Of a DNA stretch of 64,000 nt, positions 8,638-19,344 are shown piece by piece. The DNA comes from Candidatus Latescibacterota bacterium (GTDB lineage: Bacteria > Latescibacterota > UBA2968), in assembly GCA_965204375.1 (NCBI GenBank), contig OZ241986.1:2368001-2432000 (forward strand), read 5' to 3'. Position numbers and translations under genes: made by a program. Numbering within the stretch: the first letter of the stretch is position 1; the number at the start of each line of letters is the position of its first letter. The notes under the pieces were generated by a model. The model saw nothing but the letters and a program-made list of their open reading frames with translations. It made no database searches and was not told the origin of the DNA.

Positions 8638-9567
8638 AATTTCCCGATTCAACTTCGCGGCCTTCACCAACTCGCGCTCCAGCAATTGGTAATAGGTCGC
8701 AGAATCCATCGCCGCCTTTTTCTTCACCAGAGCCTGCACCTCATCAATCGCCTTGCCATAAGCGGCAACAAGCGCGGGCGAAGCGCCCTTGGGAACACGA
8801 AAATTGAGCAAAAAACAACGGTCTGCCAACATTCCATCGCCCGCGTCGATATCGGACAGACGCGTACCCAACCCATCGCCATTATCGTCCAGAATCGCGT
8901 TCTCTGTCGCAATCAGCCCCTCACTCAAAAACCAGGCGTCTGTCAGCGAAGATGCCTGGGTGCAAATCTCCAGAACCGAAATGCGGTCATCGCGATTTTG
9001 ATCGGCACTGCCATCCTCCAATGCCTGCACAAAAAAACGCATAAATTGCGTGGCATTGCGCTGATCCGTACTGCGCGTACTCGCGCATATAATACGCCCA
9101 TCCCGACTCAGAGCATTGACAAAAGGCGCACTCATCGACGCGCCATTGACAACAATAATGCGTCGCGCGGATAACATCTTCAAAAATCCATCCAGATCCT
9201 CCGCCGTCAAATCCGCACCGGGAATATTCAATTTCCCAACCTGACGCCGATAGCTTCCGTGCCCAATTAAAAAAATGAACACATCGTCACCCGACTTTAC
9301 CCGCTCCGACAAACCGCGGAATACATTGCGGATGCCTTTTATTGATGAATTACCATCGGCATTCTCATCCGTCTCATTCACCAATAGCACATTTGCCGCG
9401 GGATGATCGCATCGATCAATCAGCACCCGACGCAACCGCTGCCCCCAATCGTCAAACCGCTCGGAATACTCGCCCTCTCCACCACTACCGCTGATAATCA
9501 CATCGAAAACAGCGGCATTTGCCTGCGCCAGCATCAACACCCAAATAGGGAAAATCCATAATTTCAT
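8617..9567 (-). CDS. Secreted caspase/peptidase C13-like fold protein, catalytic Cys apparently absent
   Basis: Signal peptide; FIFLIGHGS motif; VVNGASMS where DxC is expected; EF-hand-like DQNRDDRISVLE; ATGA overlap with upstream gene. Confidence 0.65.
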   Translation of the reverse strand: MKLWIFPIWVLMLAQANAAVFDVIISGSGGEGEYSERFDDWGQRLRRVLIDRCDHPAANVLLVNETDENADGNSSIKGIRNVFRGLSERVKSGDDVFIFLIGHGSYRRQVGKLNIPGADLTAEDLDGFLKMLSARRIIVVNGASMSAPFVNALSRDGRIICASTRSTDQRNATQFMRFFVQALEDGSADQNRDDRISVLEICTQASSLTDAWFLSEGLIATENAILDDNGDGLGTRLSDIDAGDGMLADRCFLLNFRVPKGASPALVAAYGKAIDEVQALVKKKAAMDSATYYQLLERELVKAAKLNREIKRGLNR

Positions 9568-11921
9568 GGCTCTCCCCGCTTCCGTCTCAAATACCATTCA
9601 ACGCCGAGCAACAACACGAGTAGAATATAAAAAGGCGGAAAATGCCACAACGGAAAACGATCCAATCGCGCATGAGCCTGGTCGGTATATGGAATCTGCT
9701 CAGCCAATTCGTCGAGCGCGTCCAACTCGATAAATTTGCCACCCGTGTGTGCAGACAGGCGTTTCAAAAAATCGGGATTATAACGCGCAGACAAAAACTC
9801 GAGATGATCTGGTCGCGCCAGCACAGCCGCGTCCAACTGCCCAATATCCGCGCCATCGGAATCGCGCGCCGTGAGCTTCACGCGGTGCAATCCCGTTTCC
9901 GTAGCCTCAAAAATCGCAGAATACGCCCCCACCTCGGCAATAGACTCAGAAATCGGCAATCTAATCGTTCCACCATTCGGTATCTCGACCTGCACATCAA
10001 CGGACAGCCCTTCGCGGGGTTCGAAAAGAGAATCGCGCACCACAAACTTCAAATCGCGCATGTCTCCTACGACAACATCCTCGCCGCTATCGATCATCGT
10101 CACAGGCTCTGGCACCCGCATCGCCAGCAAACGCGCCAACTGCCGCCAAAAGCGTTCATGGGCAGCATCTTCAACATTCTGCATCATCTGCCACTGCCAC
10201 GTCTCGCCCGTACCCAACGCAGCACTCAAACCCTCTCCATAACGCTGCCAGGCAAACAGCGGTTGTCCATCCACAGCTTCAGATCCCGCATCCACCGTCG
10301 CCATCACCGTTGCACCAGCGCGCACAGACGCAAACGCATTGACCCCGTAAAGCGCGGACAAATTCGCCCACTGCTCGGCATTGAGTTTGGCATCTTCGCT
10401 CAAAGACCAGACCCCGGACAATACGCCTTCAATCGTCGGCTTAGCGCGAAAAGCCACATCGTCGTAATCGCCCGCGGGACCCAACACAACGGGCAACATC
10501 GGTTCAATAGTCGAATGCATCCACCCGCCTTCTGAGTACGCGCGAGGGCCGCCCAGCATCAAAAAACTGCCCCCGCGTTTGGACACAAATTCTCGCGTCA
10601 AATTGAGTTGGGCAAGAGAAAAAAAATCGCGTTCAATATCCCCCCAGATCACCACATGGTAGCGAAAAAGCTCTGATACTTCTGAGGGATACCCGCCCAC
10701 CAACTCCGACTCTGACACACCAATGCGGATAAAAACCGCTTCGTCATAACGCGGCGCATTCAGCGCCTGATCGTCAAAGCCCTCGAACAGGGGATTCGCC
10801 ATCGTCGCATCGCGCCCCCGGAATACAAACTTGCGCTCGGCACCAGAAATGCGAACCAGACTCGACAAAACGAGTTGCGGCGCCCCATCTAAGGCACGCC
10901 GTAAAAACTTGCCCTCCCAATTAGGACGCCCGCTAAAATACAAAATGCGAAAAACGCGCTCGCGATTATCCACCAGAATATCCCGCGCATTATTCTCAGC
11001 AATGCGGTCTTTGGTCGCAACGTCTGTAGTATCTGCCAAACGCACCCGCACGCGGTGTGATACCCAGCCATCTCTTTGCGGATCAAAAGCGAGCCGAACG
11101 TAATTCTCTTCTTCTGGTCCCACAATCGAAAGCGGTGACGACGCCACCACCCGCTTGCCATCCAGGACATCGACCACCACATCTTCACCGCCCAACCCCT
11201 CGGCCACCACCCGCGCGGTAACTGCCACCTCATCGGATCGCACGCGCGACACCGACACATCGGTCAATGCCAGATCGCGCCAGAGATCATCGCGGCCTAT
11301 TCCCACTGTAAAAACGGGCACATCGCGGGACAAATCCGTTATCGGAACGGGCGTGACACTTTGCTGCACCCCATCGCTAAATACCACCACAGCCGACACC
11401 GCAGCCCCCGACATTTGCTTGAGCACCCCGCGAACTGCACCGACAATATCTGTTCGCCCCTGATCAAACGCGAGGTCCTCAACCTCATTAACGCGCGCTG
11501 TCGTGCTGCCAAACCGAAACCGCGCCACCTGATGGGATTGTGTCAAAACGCGCTCAAAATCCGACGCCTGATACACCTGCACAAATCTTTCTGCTCGCGC
11601 CTGCCCATCGTATTCGGGCACCGTCATACTGCGGGAATCATCAAACAAAACAGGCACAAAATGCGTGCCAGGCTCCAATTTTCGCGCCACCAGCACAGGT
11701 CCCAATAACAAAAATAGCACCAGCGTCAATGCCACCGCGCGCAACCCAATCAACATCTTTGAAAGCGCGGGGCGCCGCCTGTGCCAAAAAACCACACTCA
11801 CACAAAAAACAATGCCGAGTAAGACCAGCGCCACAGGCCATGCGACATCCAGTGCAAACCGCACATCCCGATACGCAACGGCGCGATCCCCGACCAATAA
11901 GTGTAATAACCAGTCAGTCAC
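9564..11921 (-). CDS. Membrane protein with vWA-like and class I GATase-like domains
   Basis: N-terminal TM helices, MIDAS-like DDSRSM and VFSDG, GGSFLMLGG, C-terminal TM ending EWYLRRK. Confidence 0.8.
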   Translation of the reverse strand: MTDWLLHLLVGDRAVAYRDVRFALDVAWPVALVLLGIVFCVSVVFWHRRRPALSKMLIGLRAVALTLVLFLLLGPVLVARKLEPGTHFVPVLFDDSRSMTVPEYDGQARAERFVQVYQASDFERVLTQSHQVARFRFGSTTARVNEVEDLAFDQGRTDIVGAVRGVLKQMSGAAVSAVVVFSDGVQQSVTPVPITDLSRDVPVFTVGIGRDDLWRDLALTDVSVSRVRSDEVAVTARVVAEGLGGEDVVVDVLDGKRVVASSPLSIVGPEEENYVRLAFDPQRDGWVSHRVRVRLADTTDVATKDRIAENNARDILVDNRERVFRILYFSGRPNWEGKFLRRALDGAPQLVLSSLVRISGAERKFVFRGRDATMANPLFEGFDDQALNAPRYDEAVFIRIGVSESELVGGYPSEVSELFRYHVVIWGDIERDFFSLAQLNLTREFVSKRGGSFLMLGGPRAYSEGGWMHSTIEPMLPVVLGPAGDYDDVAFRAKPTIEGVLSGVWSLSEDAKLNAEQWANLSALYGVNAFASVRAGATVMATVDAGSEAVDGQPLFAWQRYGEGLSAALGTGETWQWQMMQNVEDAAHERFWRQLARLLAMRVPEPVTMIDSGEDVVVGDMRDLKFVVRDSLFEPREGLSVDVQVEIPNGGTIRLPISESIAEVGAYSAIFEATETGLHRVKLTARDSDGADIGQLDAAVLARPDHLEFLSARYNPDFLKRLSAHTGGKFIELDALDELAEQIPYTDQAHARLDRFPLWHFPPFYILLVLLLGVEWYLRRKRGEP

Positions 11922-14900
11922 TTCTCACTTTCCGTCAACGCTTTAAAATACTCGGCAACGCGGGCGCGGTATTGCTCGGGAATTTCGTCTGCCTTGCCAG
12001 CGGAAAGACCATAGTCTCCCTTACGCTCGCGAATCAACACCGACAATTCTTCGGCAGACAGCGTCAAAGGCTTGATCGCGCGCTCAAAAATCAAATCGTA
12101 CTGAGGCACCGCCCCCTTGCGATAATAATCGCGCCCAATACCCGCCAGATCTTCGCGGATACCCGTCAAACGCTGTCGCACACCCAAATCAGTCGGCAAA
12201 AGCGACTCGGCCTCGCGCAAGCGATCCATCCAATCGCGAAAACCGCTTTCGGCAAAACGCCGCAACGCATCGGGATCTTGCGGTCCCCACCCAAAACGCC
12301 CGTCACCATCCCCTCTTTCTTCTCCCATCACACGCTCCAGACGCTCCTGCGCCCGCTCCAGTGCCTCCAGATCATCGCGCACCAGAAGTTGCGCGACACC
12401 ATCGAGTTTTTCAGCCGCCTGATCCAACTTCTCCGCCACGCCGCGCTCGTGTGTTTCCGATGCCTGCCACGCTCCCAATCTCACCAATCGCTCGCCCGCT
12501 TGCATATCTTCAAAAATGCCCTCTCGGCTCGTCTCGCGCAGCCAGTCATTGAGTTTTTGCGCCATCAAACCCTGGCTTTCAGCGGCCTTTTCTGCCAACG
12601 CACTCGCTTCCTCCATCATATCGCGGAACTGATCGGTCGTGCGTTGCTTGCCCTCGAGCATCTCGCTCAACGCGCGCTCCGAATCAGACAACGTTCCACG
12701 CCTCGTCTGCTGCTCCTGAGCCTGTGCGACCAGACCGCGCTGTTGGGCGCGCAAACTATCCATATCTTCTTGCAACATTCTCATGCGCTCAGCGGCTGCC
12801 CCGCGAGATAAATTGCCCAATTGCTCCTGCACATCGCGCAATGCGTCCAAAGCGCGATTGCCCGCAGCCCGCGCCCGTTGCAATTGATCACCCTGAAGAT
12901 TTTGCGCGCTACGACTCATTTGCCGCCGCGCACCTTCCAATTGTTCTCGCGCCCGCCGCGCCTGTTGTGGATCCATATCCCCAGACGCAATCTCGCCATT
13001 GACCGCATCGAGCGCGTCCATCGTCTGACGCTGCGCCTCGCGCAACTGCTCCAGGCGCCTTTCAGCCTCTTCGCGCGCTTCGCGCTCCAGCTTTTCCGCC
13101 TCTGAAATTAACTGCGCCACATCTTCGTTAATCGCTGCCTGCCGCCTCGTCAATTCCTCAATTTTATTTTGTGCCTCTGCCGTCTCCGCAAGTTGCTGTT
13201 GCAATGTAGAGGCCTCTTCCCGAAAATCTCGTCGCTGCGCCAACTCCAGACCATCTAACTCGCGTTGCTGTGCCTGACCCCCGCCACCTCCGCGCTGCCG
13301 CTGCCTGTTTTGCACGACCTCGGCCTCTCTCGGTCTCCTCTGCAAAAGATATCGATACGCGCGCTGTGCATGCCCCCAGGCCCTTGCCAATGCCGCATCG
13401 GGATCGTCAAAAGACGCCTCGTGTAATGCCTCTACAACACCCGCAAACTCGGCTTCCAAATCCGCTGCTGGATTCCTCACAGAACCCCGAACATTCTCCT
13501 GCGCTTCAATAATAGAGTCCTTTTGCTCATCGTATTCTTCCCGATCCATTCCCGACGCGCCTTTGCGCAAATTCCAGATCGCAATAATCACTTGCTTCTG
13601 GCCCTCAGCACCACCCCGCTGCCCCCTGCCCTGCCCCTGCTGACCGCCCTCATTGCTCACAGCCTGGCGATAGAGCCGTTCAAAAGGCCGAATCTCCAAA
13701 AAATAGGGATCGCCCAAAGTCTCCACCTCAGACCGTCCAGGCTTGCCATCTTCTGCCCAGACCGTCCAGGTAATAAAATCGCCCGCCGCGAGACCCAGAC
13801 CTTCCAACGCCATCGGATACTCGCCCTCTGCACTCTCTATCCGCGCAGTCTCCGTCTTAAGAGAAATTCGCACAGGATCGCGCCCTGCCACCTCGTATTG
13901 CAAACCGTAATCCATAAGCCCGTAATCATCTTTTATCGAAAACCCAAAAGCTACCTCCTCAATTGCCGTAGCTTCGTCATCCCCGCGTGGAAAACGAATC
14001 TGAATGCGCGGCGGCTGATCGACCTTCGCCGTAATTTTATACGCGCGCGCATACTCATTTTCCTCGCCTTCGGCATCTTGCAACCCCACCTCGTACGAGC
14101 CATTCTCTGTAATCGACAGCGCGCCTTCCCACACGGCATCGTCTGATTTCTCCAACACCATTTCTTTTTCACCATCCAATACCAGCGATGCCTTCTCCAA
14201 CTCTTTATTCACCGTCACCGCCACCACCACCTCAGTACCTTCGGGTGCCGTAATATCGCCGCCATAAGGCACGTCCCGGTCTTTCATCTCCAAATAGTCG
14301 GGATAGCGATATAAAAGTCCAATCGACACGACCTCGGGTGGCGTCCACACCGAAAGCCGATACACTTCTGAACGATAAGCCCCAACCTGCACCTGGTATT
14401 CTGTATCGGCATACAAATCGCGCAACTGGTGGGCAAACACATCGCCAGCCTCTCCAGGCTCTAACGGCGCGGTTTGCCAGTCCCCGCCCGATGTCCGCCA
14501 CTGAATTGCCTTGCTCGCACCCATAAGATCTGTCGTCACCCACACCATCTGATGCGCCCCGCGCCGCACCCGCGCATCACCCGGTTCAACCGTATAGGGC
14601 ACCGGCAAAACCGGTGCAAAAAACAAACGCCCTGCAATATCGCGCAGATCAACCTGCCACAACGCGATGAGCAACACAACAGCACCCAATCCCCAAACCC
14701 CGACAACCGCGCGGCGCACGCGCTTCAAAACGCGCAAATCAATCACAGGTGGTGCCTGTATCGCCGACAATTCGCGCACCTGTTGAAACACCTGCTCGGT
14801 CATCCACTCGGAAACCGGCGTTGAACCGTGCAGCGACACAGTGCTCACAATCAGATCCTCAAGCTCGGGATGATGTGCATCGATAAACAGCGCGATCTGC

Positions 14901-15154
14901 TCTCGTGTCACCACCGCCCGCTGCGGAACGTACAACCACTTATAACCCGCACCAAAAACCAGAATGAGAAATGTGAGCACTGGCACAATAACAGGTACGC
15001 GATCGGCAAAAGCCACCACAGCGCACAACCCGATCAGCAAACCCAAAAACACCGCGCCAAACATCAACCGACCCTGCAAACGCCGCCGCCGCTCAAACTG
15101 CGCGGCCACTTCGCGGATCGCATGTTCTAATTTAAGCGGTAGCAATGGTATCAT
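11918..15154 (-). CDS. DUF4175-like membrane-anchored long coiled-coil protein
   Basis: TM helices, Ig-like region, DDYGL motif, Q/G-rich linkers, coiled coil, terminal PEQYRARVAEYFKAL. Confidence 0.78.
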   Translation of the reverse strand: MIPLLPLKLEHAIREVAAQFERRRRLQGRLMFGAVFLGLLIGLCAVVAFADRVPVIVPVLTFLILVFGAGYKWLYVPQRAVVTREQIALFIDAHHPELEDLIVSTVSLHGSTPVSEWMTEQVFQQVRELSAIQAPPVIDLRVLKRVRRAVVGVWGLGAVVLLIALWQVDLRDIAGRLFFAPVLPVPYTVEPGDARVRRGAHQMVWVTTDLMGASKAIQWRTSGGDWQTAPLEPGEAGDVFAHQLRDLYADTEYQVQVGAYRSEVYRLSVWTPPEVVSIGLLYRYPDYLEMKDRDVPYGGDITAPEGTEVVVAVTVNKELEKASLVLDGEKEMVLEKSDDAVWEGALSITENGSYEVGLQDAEGEENEYARAYKITAKVDQPPRIQIRFPRGDDEATAIEEVAFGFSIKDDYGLMDYGLQYEVAGRDPVRISLKTETARIESAEGEYPMALEGLGLAAGDFITWTVWAEDGKPGRSEVETLGDPYFLEIRPFERLYRQAVSNEGGQQGQGRGQRGGAEGQKQVIIAIWNLRKGASGMDREEYDEQKDSIIEAQENVRGSVRNPAADLEAEFAGVVEALHEASFDDPDAALARAWGHAQRAYRYLLQRRPREAEVVQNRQRQRGGGGGQAQQRELDGLELAQRRDFREEASTLQQQLAETAEAQNKIEELTRRQAAINEDVAQLISEAEKLEREAREEAERRLEQLREAQRQTMDALDAVNGEIASGDMDPQQARRAREQLEGARRQMSRSAQNLQGDQLQRARAAGNRALDALRDVQEQLGNLSRGAAAERMRMLQEDMDSLRAQQRGLVAQAQEQQTRRGTLSDSERALSEMLEGKQRTTDQFRDMMEEASALAEKAAESQGLMAQKLNDWLRETSREGIFEDMQAGERLVRLGAWQASETHERGVAEKLDQAAEKLDGVAQLLVRDDLEALERAQERLERVMGEERGDGDGRFGWGPQDPDALRRFAESGFRDWMDRLREAESLLPTDLGVRQRLTGIREDLAGIGRDYYRKGAVPQYDLIFERAIKPLTLSAEELSVLIRERKGDYGLSAGKADEIPEQYRARVAEYFKALTESEK

Positions 15155-17067
15155 GTCCGTACCTCCCGCGCGCTTAAATACGCGGCGTAAAAATGTTCGA
15201 CCAAAAGCAAGGCGAGCAAAAAACCGAGTATCCAACGCCCATATTCATACACAATCGAAAGATCAGCCGATGGTTTGCCATCTCGCCGAAATAACACGGG
15301 CGCATCGCAAAGCCGAATCTCAAATTCCGCGGGCGTTATCCGCGCCAAATCGCTCTCTCGATCTGCGACATTGACCGATGCGATTTGCGTTCCCCACTGA
15401 TACACGCCTGGCGCGTAAAATATGCGCGCATCGCCAATTACAGAATCCGACCCCTCTCCCATAACTCGTTCCACCGCATCAGACGTGCTTATGGCATCGC
15501 CCACCTGATAATCTGTCCTGATCTCTCGATCACCCGATAAATAGCGCAACGTCTCGTGCAACAAAGGCACAAACCGCGGCGTCCGCGCCAGATTTGACCG
15601 ATCAAACCCCATTCCACCGCCCCAGACCACAATGCGACCTTCTCCTATCTTGCCTTCGACAATAGCGGGCATAAGATTGTCGTATTTTGCCAGCACTGTA
15701 GCTGAACTGTCAGCGTTAATAACGTGGTAATTCTCATAGCGCACAGATGAAAAATCGTTAAATCGCGCCCCCCTGAAAGGGCGAAAAATGGGATGTTCCA
15801 AATTGACCCACGCCAACGCGGCATAACCCGCATCCTCCACCCCTGAAATCCTTATATTCGCGCGTGCGAGCAAAGCATTCACAGACTGAATATCGGCATC
15901 TCTGCGAAGCGGCAAAAACAGCGCTCCGCCTTCTTCAACATAATCTGCAAATTCACTTACAGAAGTCACATCCTCGGCAATCACCACCGACCCTATAAGT
16001 TCCCCAGACCAGATCAATCGCCAATCCGCACCCTCGGGCACAGCAGCCTTGAGCATAAATCGCGAGGACTCCGAAGCGTTCAACACCGCGATGGGATGTT
16101 GCGGTTTGGCAAGCCACGCAAAAAAACGGCGATCATCTCGCTTCAACCCATCGCCTCCCGCGAGCGCGACATATCCGTTTATCCCATCCTCCAAAGGCAC
16201 GGAAAAAGCCACCTGTGTAGCATTGCCCTGCAACACCGTCACATCGCGCGTTTCTATCACCTCTCCATCAACCACCAGTTGCGCGGCAAGCGCGCCTTGC
16301 CCAGACCAATTTCTCACCCGAGCGCGAACCCGCAAAACATCGTCCTTTACAGCCCGCACAGCGAGCGCGTCAACCGATGCATTGGACACAGCGTTCGCCC
16401 CCACATCAACCGCTTGAAGCTCAATCGCACCCGGCAGTCGCCATCCCATATCGGACACCGGCATGCCACTCGCCTGAAAATCGCTGATCACGTGAACCAC
16501 GCGCTTCACCTGCGCAGTATCAGCCGCAAAAACATGCTCAACCGCCTGAAGAGCCGCGGTATAATCGGTATGTCCCCACGTCACATCGGCGACCTCAATA
16601 GCACGTCGAACATCTACCACATCACCCGAAATTGGCACATCCACCACGGGCTGTTGTGCAAATCGCACAAACCCAACCCGATCTCCCGGTCCCAGAGTCT
16701 CCAGCACGGATTTCGCCTCCATTTTCGCCCGCTCCCACACCCCATTATATCCCATACTCAGCGAAACATCCATCGCAATCACATGATCAGTCGTTCCCGA
16801 AGACACCGCCTCAGCATCCAACATCATCTCTTGAAAAGGCCGCGCAAACGCAAGTGCCAGAGCGACCAGCACCGCCATTCGCAACAACATCAACACAACG
16901 TGTTGAACGCGCCTGCGCTCGATCACCTCGCGTTTGACATCCGGCACAAACATCAAACTACTAAACCGCACGGTCTCGCGCTCAGGACGGCGAATGCGAT
17001 GCACAAAATAGGGAATGCCAATCAGCGCAACGCCAAATGCAAATAGCGGGACCAGCACCCCCATCAC
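15151..17067 (-). CDS. BatA N-terminal plus vWA domain protein
   Basis: IPYFVHRI...VRFSSLMF...LLRMA...AFARP (BatA), MIDAS DVSLSM, ISDFQ. Confidence 0.88.
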   Translation of the reverse strand: MMGVLVPLFAFGVALIGIPYFVHRIRRPERETVRFSSLMFVPDVKREVIERRRVQHVVLMLLRMAVLVALALAFARPFQEMMLDAEAVSSGTTDHVIAMDVSLSMGYNGVWERAKMEAKSVLETLGPGDRVGFVRFAQQPVVDVPISGDVVDVRRAIEVADVTWGHTDYTAALQAVEHVFAADTAQVKRVVHVISDFQASGMPVSDMGWRLPGAIELQAVDVGANAVSNASVDALAVRAVKDDVLRVRARVRNWSGQGALAAQLVVDGEVIETRDVTVLQGNATQVAFSVPLEDGINGYVALAGGDGLKRDDRRFFAWLAKPQHPIAVLNASESSRFMLKAAVPEGADWRLIWSGELIGSVVIAEDVTSVSEFADYVEEGGALFLPLRRDADIQSVNALLARANIRISGVEDAGYAALAWVNLEHPIFRPFRGARFNDFSSVRYENYHVINADSSATVLAKYDNLMPAIVEGKIGEGRIVVWGGGMGFDRSNLARTPRFVPLLHETLRYLSGDREIRTDYQVGDAISTSDAVERVMGEGSDSVIGDARIFYAPGVYQWGTQIASVNVADRESDLARITPAEFEIRLCDAPVLFRRDGKPSADLSIVYEYGRWILGFLLALLLVEHFYAAYLSAREVRT

Positions 17068-17996
17068 ACACCTCCCCGCGACCGCCTGCTCGGCGTGATC
17101 AGCCCATCGTTGCGCCGATGTAAAAACCGATGCAACGCCATATCTAAGGGTTCAGAACACGCGAACTCTTCAATATCGATCTCCGCCGACAAACACGCTT
17201 CCCTTATCGCATCAAAATGTCGCCTGCGATTTTCCAAATAGGCCTCTCGCACCTCCTCTGGCACGGCAAATTGCTCGCGATTATCCTCGGCATCCACCAG
17301 CGTCACCGACCGATCAAAGGGAAACGTCTGCTCAGCCGGATCGCTCACCTGCAACACCAGCACATCGTGACGCTGCGCCCGCAGGGAACGCAAATGCAAA
17401 ATCATCTCATCTGCCGGATGCAACAAATCCCCGATCAACACCACCATGCCCCGCGCAGGCAACACATCGCCCATCACACGCAACGTCCCCGCCGTATCCG
17501 TCTCTTCACCCGCGGGCCTCAAATTGTCGATCTCCATCAAAATGCGATGGCGTTGCCCATCTCGACGACGCGCTGGCACATGCGCAATCAACTCCCGATG
17601 ATAAGCGGCAAAACCCACGGCATCTCCCTGACTCGCAGCCAGCATCACCAGACACGCCGCCAGCATCTGTGCATACCGAAACTTACTCACTTCTCCCGAA
17701 CCATAGTCCATAGAAGCGCTGCAATCCAGCAAAATAGTAGAACGCAAATTGCGCTCATCCTGAAACTGCTTCACGTGCAGCCGATCACTCCGTCCGTACA
17801 GCCGCCAATCCACAAAGCGCAAATCATCGCCCCAGGCATAAGGGCGATACTGGGCAAACTCGACCGACGCCCCGTGGTGAATACTGCGATGCGCCCCACC
17901 CTGCAAGCCCGATATAACCGTACGCGCCAGAAGCTCCAGATCGGCAATACGCGCCAACTCAGCCGGATCGAGATATGTGTAAATAGAGTTTTGCAT
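17064..17996 (-). CDS. DUF58 domain protein (MoxR partner)
   Basis: GAHRS..HGASVEFAQYRPYAWGDDLRFVDW, LDCSASM. Confidence 0.93.
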   Translation of the reverse strand: MQNSIYTYLDPAELARIADLELLARTVISGLQGGAHRSIHHGASVEFAQYRPYAWGDDLRFVDWRLYGRSDRLHVKQFQDERNLRSTILLDCSASMDYGSGEVSKFRYAQMLAACLVMLAASQGDAVGFAAYHRELIAHVPARRRDGQRHRILMEIDNLRPAGEETDTAGTLRVMGDVLPARGMVVLIGDLLHPADEMILHLRSLRAQRHDVLVLQVSDPAEQTFPFDRSVTLVDAEDNREQFAVPEEVREAYLENRRRHFDAIREACLSAEIDIEEFACSEPLDMALHRFLHRRNDGLITPSRRSRGGV

Positions 17997-18019
17997 ATTA
18001 GCAATCAGCGGTCAGCCCG

Positions 18020-18052
18020 CTACTCAACCCAAAGACGAGAATCAATCAGCAT
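18020..18052 (-). pseudogene. 10-codon remnant of a VapC/PIN toxin
   Basis: ATGCTGATTGATTCTCGTCTTTGGGTTGAGTAG = MLIDSRLWVE*, overlapping the antitoxin stop; matches the PIN N-terminal pattern (I/L)IDSSxWxE. Confidence 0.6.
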
Positions 18053-18267
18053 ACCATTTCACCCCGGGTCAATGCCATAATCTCATCCGTTGTCATTTTG
18101 ATCGTAGCAGACCCCAACAGACGCTTATAAGGATTTTCTTTTGGCTTCTTTACCAGATAAACACGACCATCTTCTTCAACAAAATCGACTTCTGATTTTG
18201 GTCCAATCCCCAATGCGTCACGCACCTTTTTGGGAATGGTCACTTGTCCTTTACTCGTCACACGCAT
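18046..18267 (-). CDS. AbrB/MazE/SpoVT family antitoxin (VapB-like)
   Basis: MRVTSKGQVTIPKKVRDALGI...MTTDEIMALTRG. Confidence 0.92.
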   Translation of the reverse strand: MRVTSKGQVTIPKKVRDALGIGPKSEVDFVEEDGRVYLVKKPKENPYKRLLGSATIKMTTDEIMALTRGEMVC

Positions 18268-18298
18268 CGCTCATTCTCCTGAAAAACATTGGTCAGTC

Positions 18299-19327
18299 TC
18301 ATACCAGATCCGCCTCTGGCGGTTGAATAGTCTCTAACAGTCGCTTGATAACATCCTCGGCATTTACGCGATCGGCTTCGGCTCTAAAATTGGTCAAAAT
18401 GCGATGGCGCAACACATTGGGGGCAACAGCTCGTACATCACCAAAAGAAACGTGATATCGCCCCTTGAGCAGTGCCCGAGCCTTTGCCCCCAGCAACAAC
18501 CCCTGCACGCCGCGTGTGCCCGCGCCCCAACTCACCCAGGAATTCACAAAATCCGGTGCCGCATCGCCCGGGCGGCTCGCCTGCACCAGTTGCACCGCAT
18601 AACGCGCCACAGGCTCGGCAACCGGAACCATCCTCACCAGCCTGGCAAAATCGAGCATATCCGCACCCGAAAACACAGGCTCAACCTCTTCAGCCTCTAT
18701 TGACGTCGTGCGCGTCGCCACATCCAACTCTTCATCCTCCGCCAAATAATCGATCCAGATATTCATCATAAAGCGATCCAACTGCGCCTCGGGCAGTGGA
18801 TAAGTCCCCTCCAGCTCAATGGGATTCTGCGTCGCCAGAACGTAAAACGGTTGCTCCAGCGCGTGCAAATTACCCCCTATTGTCACCTGCTTCTCCTCCA
18901 TCGCCTCCAGCAGTGCAGCCTGCGTCTTGGGCGGCGTGCGGTTAATCTCATCAGCCAGCAAAATATGCGTAAAAATAGGACCCGGAATAAACCGCAACTC
19001 GCGGTGGCCACCCACGCGATCCTCATCGATAATCTCTGTACCCGTTATATCCGAAGGCATCAGATCCGGCGTAAACTGCACGCGCTTAAAATCCAAATCC
19101 AAAATCTTCGCAATCGTACGCACCAGCAGCGTCTTCGCCAAACCCGGCGCCCCTGTCAACAAACAATGACCGCCGCTAAACAACACAATCAACAGCGACT
19201 CAATAACCTCATCCTGCCCGACGATCACCTTGCGAATCTGCTCCATCATCCGCGCGCGACCATCGCGCAACTTGTCTATCGCCTCGGCTTCAAATGGCGT
19301 TTCTCGAACTTGAATAGTTTCTCCCAA
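18299..19327 (-). CDS. MoxR family AAA+ ATPase
   Basis: GAPGLAKT, RVQFTPDLMPSD, LADEINR, ATQNPIE.EGTYPLPEAQLDRF. Confidence 0.96.
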   Translation of the reverse strand: MGETIQVRETPFEAEAIDKLRDGRARMMEQIRKVIVGQDEVIESLLIVLFSGGHCLLTGAPGLAKTLLVRTIAKILDLDFKRVQFTPDLMPSDITGTEIIDEDRVGGHRELRFIPGPIFTHILLADEINRTPPKTQAALLEAMEEKQVTIGGNLHALEQPFYVLATQNPIELEGTYPLPEAQLDRFMMNIWIDYLAEDEELDVATRTTSIEAEEVEPVFSGADMLDFARLVRMVPVAEPVARYAVQLVQASRPGDAAPDFVNSWVSWGAGTRGVQGLLLGAKARALLKGRYHVSFGDVRAVAPNVLRHRILTNFRAEADRVNAEDVIKRLLETIQPPEADLV

Positions 19328-19344
19328 AAGTCACCTCAATTATC

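Noticed and set aside
11540-18080. Long plus-strand ORFs (423, 316 and 287 aa)
   Set aside because: Antisense to well-supported operon genes.
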